Virus record (IMG/VR): IMGVR_UViG_3300033067_001461
Coordinates: 1-27,948 of that record
DNA: 27,948 nucleotides
Strand: one strand, 5' to 3'
Source: a virus
Lineage: Duplodnaviria; Caudoviricetes
The notes below the pieces were generated by a model that was not told where the DNA came from, ran no database searches, and saw nothing but the letters and a program-made list of their open reading frames with translations. The translations under genes and the position numbers were made by a program. Shown here piece after piece: positions 1-7,354 of this stretch; the stretch's first letter is position 1, and each line of letters starts with the position of its first letter.

Positions 1-155
1 GTGAGGTTACCATCGGCGTCTTCTTGATAACCCGCCTGCAGAAGCCCCAACGCGCGAGCTTGCTTGTCTTTCTGGAGCTTGTCGATACCACCGAGAAGCC
101 CGGTACCCGCACCTAAGATAGCGTTGCCTGCATCAAACCAGTTTGGCTGTGGCAT
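1..155 (-). CDS. Probable internal virion/DNA ejection protein, 5' part (runs off the window)
   Basis: Own translation MPQPNWFDAGNAILGAGTGLLGGIDKLQKDKQARALGLLQAGYQEDADGNL...; GAGGGG RBS; ATG directly after the upstream stop; N-terminal Gly-rich hydrophobic stretch; position after the tail genes. Confidence 0.55.
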   Translation of the reverse strand, partial: MPQPNWFDAGNAILGAGTGLLGGIDKLQKDKQARALGLLQAGYQEDADGNL

Positions 156-755
156 TTATTGTAGCCCCTCTTGTTCAGTATTGCCGCCAGTTCCAAGTCC
201 ACCAACAGTACCCCCAAGTGCTCCGCCGGCTTGAGCGCCCATCTGTGCACCTTGCGGACCACCAAAAGCCATCCCCACAGCTCCGCCAAGAACGGCCCCA
301 CCAAATTGCAACGCACTCATAAGAATGCCGTTCTCTTGCTTCTTCTTGTTTAAAGCTGTTCGGTAGTCATTCACTGCTTGGCGATGTCTAACTTGAGCAT
401 TTTGTCTAAGAGCTTGATTGGCTCTTTCTTGAGCGGACAGCTGTTTACCCGTAGCATCATAACCAGCTTGAGCTTTGAGCTGCTCTAGCTCCTGGCCGTA
501 TATTTTCTGTTTTTTTCTACCCAACGCTTCTGAAAGCGCTGTATTTGCTGGTCCACCAGCAGCTGCGGCTTCACGCTCTACCTGGTCTTTATCAGGAGCA
601 AATGACTTGTTCTGGTCAATACCAGCCAATTGATCTTGAGCAATCTGATCGGTCGTCTTGGTCGCTTGGGTGGAAAGATTGTTTAATAATCCTTCAGTGG
701 AAGCATCACCTTGAGATTGAGCAACCGGCAGTTTAGTGACTGTTGTGGTAGCCAT
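156..755 (-). CDS. Putative DNA ejection (internal virion) protein with C-terminal glycine zipper
   Basis: Q/A-rich helical protein ending in GGAVLGGAVGMAFGGPQGAQMGAQAGGALGG; TAATG coupling; synteny with podovirus ejection genes. Confidence 0.6.
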   Translation of the reverse strand: MATTTVTKLPVAQSQGDASTEGLLNNLSTQATKTTDQIAQDQLAGIDQNKSFAPDKDQVEREAAAAGGPANTALSEALGRKKQKIYGQELEQLKAQAGYDATGKQLSAQERANQALRQNAQVRHRQAVNDYRTALNKKKQENGILMSALQFGGAVLGGAVGMAFGGPQGAQMGAQAGGALGGTVGGLGTGGNTEQEGLQ

Positions 756-1195
756 TATCCGAATAGCCCCTTGGATTTTTCATATTCTCTTTGCAAATTA
801 TATTGCTGAACCTTACGGTCCTGATCAGCTGATTGCACAGCTAATCCGGAAGACGCCGCAGCGCTATCCAGTTGACCAAGTTGATCTTCAAGGCTTTTAT
901 TTATATCTGCTCGCCTTGAAGCTAACGCGGAAGCTGTAGATCCCTCTGCTTGGGCTTGTTTGGCTTGTTTGATGCCAGAGTTGAAAAGCCCTCTAGCTTG
1001 CGATCCCTGAGAGATGTTTTTCTTTTGCTCATTGAGCTGTTGGGTAGCTGCAGATTTCGCGGCATTGAACTGCTTTTCTTGCATCTGTGGCATATTAGCG
1101 CGGAAAGATTGCGCCTGATTTGCCTGAGCATCTCGGATGCTTGTAAGTCGAGTATCTACGGCTGGTAACTGCGGCGGCTCCGGTGTTTTTCCCAT
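755..1195 (-). CDS. Putative DNA ejection/internal virion protein
   Basis: Q/A-rich coiled coil with ARGLFNSG motif; GGGGG RBS; follows the GNAT gene as in P22/T7-like tail modules. Confidence 0.55.
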   Translation of the reverse strand: MGKTPEPPQLPAVDTRLTSIRDAQANQAQSFRANMPQMQEKQFNAAKSAATQQLNEQKKNISQGSQARGLFNSGIKQAKQAQAEGSTASALASRRADINKSLEDQLGQLDSAAASSGLAVQSADQDRKVQQYNLQREYEKSKGLFG

Positions 1196-1602
1196 TCTGT
1201 AGCCCCCCTTTCTATATCTCCAACAAATATGCTGTAGGCATCTTTCAATAACTTCATGCCCAGAAAGTTCATGATCCTATAGCTTAAGTATGCCTCTGGC
1301 GATTGCTCAAGTCTAACCTCACACGTAATTTGACTGACACCCATCGCTTGAAGCTCATGGATCAAAGCTTTTGATAGCCTATAGGAGGCGCCACGAGCCT
1401 CTGGGAGAACCGTTAAGTAGTCAGCATAGGCCATGACTCGAGACTCCACTACACCAGCCCAAACGTAGCCAACGACCCTTCCATCCTGCTCTTCCACAAG
1501 GAAGACGTCTTGGAGCATTTCACGTTTAGGTTTCTTCAACCCCACAGTCTTTGAGACAGTCAGGATCTGCTCAAAGTCAGACTCCATAGCGCGCCGGATC
1601 AT
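1156..1602 (-). CDS. GNAT-fold acetyltransferase-like protein in the tail module
   Basis: MIRRAMESDFEQI...VEEQDGRVVGYV...DYLTVLPEARG matches the GNAT N-terminal and motif A pattern. Confidence 0.75.
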   Translation of the reverse strand: MIRRAMESDFEQILTVSKTVGLKKPKREMLQDVFLVEEQDGRVVGYVWAGVVESRVMAYADYLTVLPEARGASYRLSKALIHELQAMGVSQITCEVRLEQSPEAYLSYRIMNFLGMKLLKDAYSIFVGDIERGATEWEKHRSRRSYQP

Positions 1603-1934
1603 GCCAACACCATAACCTTTGCTATTCCGGTCGCGGAAGATTGCAAAAATATTAGGTCTTTAGTGTTTTGAGACACTCCGTCGTAAAGGGAAAGCGGGCT
1701 GTTAGCTCCGATTAAAACATATCCAACGGGAACAGCTCCAAGAGTGTGTGGAATGGTATAAGTTGTAGCCCCTATAGCAAACGTCACTGAAATTATTTGA
1801 GCTCTAATGTTGTCTGTTACAGATATTTTTCCTGAAAAAGCATCCTGAACCTGACCACAGAAAATGGAGACAAATCTCTTTAAGTCATCGAGACTTTTAA
1901 TATTTTGTAGATCGCTTGAAGCGCTGATTCTCAT
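1599..1934 (-). CDS. Small tail-associated structural protein
   Basis: ATGA-coupled on both sides; beta-rich with IPHTLGAVPVGY motif; directly after the nozzle gene. Confidence 0.5.
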   Translation of the reverse strand: MRISASSDLQNIKSLDDLKRFVSIFCGQVQDAFSGKISVTDNIRAQIISVTFAIGATTYTIPHTLGAVPVGYVLIGANSPLSLYDGVSQNTKDLIFLQSSATGIAKVMVLA

Positions 1935-3667
1935 ACGTTTCTCTGGAATCTACTTTCAAAGGTATACCCGTTGATTCTAAGCGTGGTCGTTGTTCCAACC
2001 ACTAAAGCCTGGACAGCAATGCTCTTAGCCGGCAATCCAAAATCAATCCTAGATTGGAACGGAGCTTGGCTCATGTAGCGGATGAGAGACGCACTCTGCG
2101 AGTGATCCGTAAAAAACCTGCACTCGATGTTGTTACTCTGTCCAGCTACCGGATCCACATCAAGGTAAAGCCTTCTCCAAAGCTCAGTTACCGTGTTCTG
2201 TCCATTAATGAAGAACCTGGACTTGAACATGTAAGTGATGCCCTGACCGAGGTCACTATGGATGTCTGAATGGAAATAGCCTACTGATCCAGCGTATGAC
2301 CCAAAGAATGGAGCACTAGAGGTTAGGTCACCACGCATATAGGCCAAGCTGGAGGCGTTCACTCCCTCGTACTTTGTGAAAGCATCAATCAAGTAATTAT
2401 AGACAATCGTACAATTATTTAAGGTTGCCCCATTACATGGGATCGCAAACCAAACTTCTTGCCGATCTCTGTTGTGTATTGCGACAGCGTTGTCTTTTGC
2501 AGCAGCGATGTTCATCGAATCTATGATGGGCTCGATCCGCTCACTCATAATCTCAATGTTTGCGCCGTTAAAACGGACAATCCCGGAGGTGTCTAAAAAT
2601 AAGAGGTTGTCTCGGTAAACGACATTAGCCCTGTTGCTAATAGATCCATATTGGTCAGAGATGCTGCTTAAAAAGAAATTATCTGGGTTATCCCCGGTAA
2701 GTCTAGAGATGCTCTTTTCTTTGAAGATCATCAAAGCATCTTGATAAGATTTCTTTCCAGTTACTCGGTCGCCATCATTAGTTCTGACTTCAAAGAAGCT
2801 CTCAGCGGCCACACCCTCTGGCTCACCGAGCTCAGAGAAGAACACCGAACTAGGGAAACCAGAGAACCCGGACATAAAAAGTCTATTTTGATAAAGCTCC
2901 AAATACCTTGGAATAAGAGTGAAAGCATCAATAGCCGGAGCGAGCTGTATAAGGGTTGCGCTGGTAAGGTTATAATTAACAGTTCCAACCGGGATCAGCT
3001 CTGCAAGAGATAAATCGACCCCCCCGGGCTCTGTTCGATAAAGGGCAATTGCAGTTATCCCGTAACCCGCTGGGGTGGTCATGCCTTGGTATCTAATCGT
3101 GTTGTTCCCAGCAGAAAGAGCGATAGAGAACCCAGAGAAGACTGGGCCAAAGAATCCCCTAGTGTTCAGATACCCGTAAGCGGCTAGATAATCCCCATCT
3201 GGCAAGAGAGCGACAGCTGCTGTAGTAACAGAAAACGCAGAGCTCGCGCCAAGTGGTAGACCATAAGGGATCGCGCTAATCCCATCGTACTTAAAAAAGT
3301 CTTGCCCGTTAGCGGCGAATACGTGGTCTACAAACGTCGTGAAGTCAAAGATCCCAGAATCAAGAAGCCCAGTTTTAATTGGAGTCCAAGCAGCACCAGC
3401 GCGCACGTAAGCATTGGTATTCGCAGTCATCAGCTGATAGGAGGCACCTGAGAGTTTGGTGTACTCATACAGCCCGCCTACACGGCCATTGACTGTCGCA
3501 CCAATAAAGTTGGTTGTCCCAGATCTAGAAGACCAGGACCCCGGCCGATCAAATGAGAAGTTAGTGAGGTCAAGAACTTCATTTTGACCCGTCGTGTACT
3601 CGCTTACCTTTTGATTGATGCCGCCGACGTTTTGGTAATTTTCGTGCTTATCCTTTTGATAAGCCAT
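1931..3667 (-). CDS. Tail nozzle / stabilisation protein (P22 gp10 / T7 gp12-like beta-propeller)
   Basis: 578 aa; LYQNRLFMSG..SSVFFSELGEPE, LMIFKEKSI, GSISNR, LLFLDTSGI, EVWFAIP..IVYNY motifs typical of podovirus nozzles; follows the adaptor. Confidence 0.8.
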   Translation of the reverse strand: MAYQKDKHENYQNVGGINQKVSEYTTGQNEVLDLTNFSFDRPGSWSSRSGTTNFIGATVNGRVGGLYEYTKLSGASYQLMTANTNAYVRAGAAWTPIKTGLLDSGIFDFTTFVDHVFAANGQDFFKYDGISAIPYGLPLGASSAFSVTTAAVALLPDGDYLAAYGYLNTRGFFGPVFSGFSIALSAGNNTIRYQGMTTPAGYGITAIALYRTEPGGVDLSLAELIPVGTVNYNLTSATLIQLAPAIDAFTLIPRYLELYQNRLFMSGFSGFPSSVFFSELGEPEGVAAESFFEVRTNDGDRVTGKKSYQDALMIFKEKSISRLTGDNPDNFFLSSISDQYGSISNRANVVYRDNLLFLDTSGIVRFNGANIEIMSERIEPIIDSMNIAAAKDNAVAIHNRDRQEVWFAIPCNGATLNNCTIVYNYLIDAFTKYEGVNASSLAYMRGDLTSSAPFFGSYAGSVGYFHSDIHSDLGQGITYMFKSRFFINGQNTVTELWRRLYLDVDPVAGQSNNIECRFFTDHSQSASLIRYMSQAPFQSRIDFGLPAKSIAVQALVVGTTTTLRINGYTFESRFQRNV

Positions 3668-4330
3668 TTAGAAACCCCATCCACTGCCGCCGCCCCAATC
3701 ACCCGTAGTAACAATCATCCGAGGTTGATCGACATTACGTTCGTCGGAGTCCTCGTCCATAGCCTTCTCGTACTCAGCAATCTTGGTTTGAATAAGAGAA
3801 GCTTCACGCCCGTCTTTAATCAAACAGTCACGGGCAGCATAAAGAGCAAGAAGCTCATGGTAGCTCTCTGGTACATCTGGAACTTCGGCGTCTAAAGACA
3901 TTTCGGCTACCCTATGAGTGTAAGATAACCGGATTGGAAGAACGCTGTCTGGAGTAGGGAACAGTTGGATTGAATTTTTCTTTAGGACATACGCCGCTGG
4001 CTCGCCAGTATGGGTAAAGATCTGATCTTGCTCATTCAGAGTGATAAAGTGCAATCTCCCAACGATCTCATTAGGGGCGGTACCACCTGTGACGAGTTCC
4101 AGGCGGTTAATCTTCAAAAAATCTAAAGGTAGCGCATATCCACATTGGCCAATGACGGTATTGGTCTGCTTGCACTTCAAATAGTAATTATCCCCAGAGT
4201 TGATCAGCTTCTTAGCCGTCTCAAACTGGGCGTTGTTCAGAAACCGATTAACTTGGGTTCTTGTGAAATAACCGAATTGTAGGTCGTCCACAAAATAGGC
4301 AACAAGGTCTGCTAGTTGTCCAAAAGTCAT
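3668..4330 (-). CDS. Head-tail adaptor / tail tubular protein A-like
   Basis: Start placed at MTFGQL (ATGA overlap with upstream stop); FLNNAQ, YALPLDF, LFPTPD, VPESYHELLALYAA adaptor motifs. Confidence 0.75.
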   Translation of the reverse strand: MTFGQLADLVAYFVDDLQFGYFTRTQVNRFLNNAQFETAKKLINSGDNYYLKCKQTNTVIGQCGYALPLDFLKINRLELVTGGTAPNEIVGRLHFITLNEQDQIFTHTGEPAAYVLKKNSIQLFPTPDSVLPIRLSYTHRVAEMSLDAEVPDVPESYHELLALYAARDCLIKDGREASLIQTKIAEYEKAMDEDSDERNVDQPRMIVTTGDWGGGSGWGF

Positions 4331-4530
4331 GGGCAACCCCCAACGCAACCATCGCAGTCAGTCCAAACGGTAGTAATAGTGTCGTCGCAACAACCGGGGC
4401 CCCAGATCCCGGACGTTGGCCACAAGAACCCTTGTGTATTAAGTCCGAGCCCCTCAATTGTGTTGAAGGCCTCAAAGCCAAAATCATTGAGCGCATCACC
4501 AACAATGATTGCTTCGACTGCATTCGCCAT
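4327..4530 (-). CDS. Small Cys-rich peptide (67 aa), function unknown
   Basis: GGGGG RBS, coupled to the adaptor gene; C-terminus GCCDDTITTVWTDCDGCVGGCP holds 5 Cys. Confidence 0.65.
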   Translation of the reverse strand: MANAVEAIIVGDALNDFGFEAFNTIEGLGLNTQGFLWPTSGIWGPGCCDDTITTVWTDCDGCVGGCP

Positions 4531-4534
4531 TTAG

Positions 4535-4580
4535 CTACCCCCAAGCGGAACCGTGGCGCGGCTAGCCTACTAGGGGAGGT
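4535..4580. repeat. Intergenic hairpin whose loop carries ccgtggcgcggctag (inverted copy at ~10006-10021)
   Basis: Arms cccccaag / ctagggga; 12-bp core tggcgcggctag is the exact reverse complement of ctagccgcgcca at 10006-10017. Confidence 0.5.
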
Positions 4581-4606
4581 CACTCGTGCTCGTAAGAAAG
4601 ATTATC

Positions 4607-6820
4607 CTATGCGAGGCTCTCTTTGACTACCGAGTAATTAGGCAGCTTTAAAAAGCCTTCTAGCCACTCGTCAGCAACCGACTCCCAAGAATAGTCCGTA
4701 GGATCAATGGAAACTCGTTCCCAAGCTTTAGTCTCCAAGGCCGTCTCAAGCGCTTTGGCCCATTCATCGTACTGGCTTTCAGTCTCACAATCGATATCGA
4801 GGATAGTAGCCATCCCAGCCATCTCTGCTGGCCCAAGCGTATCTTGCAATGCGCCAAGTCGACGAGTGATCGGGTAGGTCCCAGCACAAAGCATCTCGAT
4901 GGCTGTGATGCAGAAGGTCTCAATAAAGTTAGCTGGATGCAGCCAGATCGACGCCTCTTTAAAGTGCTCAGCCAAGACATCCTGCTGCACGTTGCCATGA
5001 TACTTGATCCAAGGTCTATCCTTGACCATGGCCTCAAGCCGATCTGCCATTTCACTCAGACCGAACTTACGTAGGTTGTCGAACCCATAGAACACATGTA
5101 GTTCCAGCTCGGGGTACTTACCAATAAGCCGATCCATGATTCTGATAGCCCTGTCAAGCCCACGATCCGGACTAGACGGGAATACGATCTTAAATGGCTT
5201 CTTAGTCGGACGTGGCCCCATGAATCGCTTTGGATCAATCCCATTTCGAGTAATCTGAATCTTTTCTTCTGGGATGCCTTGGATAGCCTGGACGTATCTT
5301 GAGTGGAACGGACTTAAACATAGGAGCTTTTTGTACTGAGCCGTTTGCTCACCATTCAATGCCATCAGGTCATGGCACCAGAAGTACGTAGGAGCGTCGG
5401 TTAACTTCATGTTGTGACGCCACGCAATGTGAACAACCGGTTTGTTCGCCTTGAAGTAAAGCGGCATCTCTTTGCTAGGGATGTACTCGACACCGTCTAT
5501 TGTCTTAGCTACAGAACGCTCATTAAAGACCTTCACAGGACGCCCTGTGAGCTTATGAAGCCAATAAGCCATATGAATCGCAGCAGTCTCAGATCCACCG
5601 ACACCCTTCTCTTTAGCAATGTCAGCATCCCATTCATACGGGCCTGGGTGAGGGCATGAGATTACAATGTCGTCACATTCTACAGATTTTGAGAAGTTTG
5701 TGAGGTCCCTGACCCGAGAGATCTCTCCCAAAATAGCGTTAGTCTCTTCATTTGGCCTAGTTTTCATCGCTTCGAAGGCCGCGTTCTCTGCTTTGTCCCA
5801 TTGTCCCAAATGGGCATAAACCTTGGCCAACTGATTGTTAGGATAAACGCCGTAAGCATCTTCATGACTGAAGATAGGACCGGCCATCCCGTTCTGCACC
5901 GCTCCATGGTTGATGCAGGCCCTGGCGGCAGCATACTCAGGGATGGCATCTACTATGCGCCCCATCTTTGCGTAGCAATCCCCAATAGAAATGCGGAATT
6001 CAGCCCTGTTTGGAGCCAGCTGAACGCCTGTAAGAGCTACTTCAATGGCTCGATCCCATTGCTGGGCAGACATGTAGCTATAAACTGCATATTGAATAGC
6101 TAGAGTCCTATCGTGCAGCTCTGTTGCTGGATCGGAAGCGGCCATCATTAACCAATGGACCGCATCCACAGGCTTACCGGCTTCAAAAAGCTCTTTACCG
6201 TAGTAATACTTCATCCGTGGATCAAGCTTGTCTTTGCGGCCTTCAAAAAGGCGTAGATTGCGGGATCTATCCTTCTTCATGTCCGTTTCAGTGCGCATGT
6301 GCTTCACAGACCACGTTGGGATGTACTGTGGGCGCACTTGTTTGCCATAAGGAGAGATCGGCAGGATCCCCTCATGCACAAAGTATCGCCAAGACATGCC
6401 TAGATCTCTTTTAATCACCCGCTCTCGTGCAAATGAGCAGACGGGGAGACCTGTTTTAACGTCACTGGCGTAGTGATAGGTAGCCAACCAGTAGTCAGCA
6501 AGGCCCATTGCCTCATCCCGCCAACGGATGAAGGCATCTTTACCTTGCAGTGTGTCATCCAAATCTAGCCAGCAGATGTAATCAGTGGTGGGGTGTTGAA
6601 AAGCAGCGTTCCGAGCAGCAGCAAAATCATCAATCCAATCGAAATGATGAATAATAGCGCCGCGCGCTTTAGCCATTTCAACCGTTCGGTCCGTGCTGCC
6701 CGTGTCTGTGAAGTGGACTTCATCAAAACACCCTTCGATTGAGTCAAAGAATTGGGTGATGTTCTCTTCTTCATTCTTGGCAATCACTGCCAAGGCAATA
6801 CTAGGCCTAATAGGCTTCAT
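4607..6820 (-). CDS. Bifunctional glycosyltransferase: GT2 (SunS-like) + TPR repeats + GT4-like GT-B domain
   Basis: IAKNEE, DTGSTDRT, WIDDFAAARN, WLDLDD (DxD) and VHE in GT2; TPR-like helices (YYYGKELF..., QLAPNRAEF..); GGSETA, SSPDRGL and ETFCITAIE (ExxxxxxxE) in GT4. Confidence 0.9.
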   Translation of the reverse strand: MKPIRPSIALAVIAKNEEENITQFFDSIEGCFDEVHFTDTGSTDRTVEMAKARGAIIHHFDWIDDFAAARNAAFQHPTTDYICWLDLDDTLQGKDAFIRWRDEAMGLADYWLATYHYASDVKTGLPVCSFARERVIKRDLGMSWRYFVHEGILPISPYGKQVRPQYIPTWSVKHMRTETDMKKDRSRNLRLFEGRKDKLDPRMKYYYGKELFEAGKPVDAVHWLMMAASDPATELHDRTLAIQYAVYSYMSAQQWDRAIEVALTGVQLAPNRAEFRISIGDCYAKMGRIVDAIPEYAAARACINHGAVQNGMAGPIFSHEDAYGVYPNNQLAKVYAHLGQWDKAENAAFEAMKTRPNEETNAILGEISRVRDLTNFSKSVECDDIVISCPHPGPYEWDADIAKEKGVGGSETAAIHMAYWLHKLTGRPVKVFNERSVAKTIDGVEYIPSKEMPLYFKANKPVVHIAWRHNMKLTDAPTYFWCHDLMALNGEQTAQYKKLLCLSPFHSRYVQAIQGIPEEKIQITRNGIDPKRFMGPRPTKKPFKIVFPSSPDRGLDRAIRIMDRLIGKYPELELHVFYGFDNLRKFGLSEMADRLEAMVKDRPWIKYHGNVQQDVLAEHFKEASIWLHPANFIETFCITAIEMLCAGTYPITRRLGALQDTLGPAEMAGMATILDIDCETESQYDEWAKALETALETKAWERVSIDPTDYSWESVADEWLEGFLKLPNYSVVKESLA

Positions 6821-6871
6821 GCGGCGCGGTCTCCCCTTACTTAAGAGTGTTAAGTCCTCTTAACTAAACGG

Positions 6872-7351
6872 TCAAGACTTTGCTGCGGTAGAGGTCGTAT
6901 TTGTCAGCGTCTTTGTCTGCAATAATGTGCTGCTGCCACGAGAGTAAACAGTCCAAGTACCAGTAGACTTAGCAAAACTTGCATTCCCTTCCAGCCACTC
7001 CTGGATGCGCTTTAAGTAACCAATTGCGGTGGTTGGATCAATAGCTGTTGACCCAAAGCTATCAGCAACAGTCCCAAGACGCTCGTCAACAGACTGAACC
7101 GGATCCAAAACCCCCTCGAGGTAGCGAGTAGAGTCAGGTAACGCTGCCCCACCATCAGCTAAGAAATAAACAGGACCAGTGGCTGAGTAACTGAACTGGT
7201 AAACTCCGCTGCCAGGAAAGAACTCCGTTACTCCTGGCGCAGGAAGTGTTGCTCCAGATCCCATGTCCCAAAATTGAACCAAGGTTGGCGTGAGTCCCGT
7301 CGTCACTCTCGGGTCTTCAGTAGTAAAGATCAATCCATAGGTCTTTGCCAT
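6872..7351 (-). CDS. Hypothetical virion protein (Thr/Ser-rich, beta-rich)
   Basis: 159-aa ORF directly after the tail fibre-like gene; composition typical of structural proteins. Confidence 0.5.
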   Translation of the reverse strand: MAKTYGLIFTTEDPRVTTGLTPTLVQFWDMGSGATLPAPGVTEFFPGSGVYQFSYSATGPVYFLADGGAALPDSTRYLEGVLDPVQSVDERLGTVADSFGSTAIDPTTAIGYLKRIQEWLEGNASFAKSTGTWTVYSRGSSTLLQTKTLTNTTSTAAKS

Positions 7352-7354
7352 TGC

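Noticed and set aside
4554-4570. Sigma-54 promoter from TGGCGCG
   Set aside because: No TTGC -12 element at the required spacing in either copy
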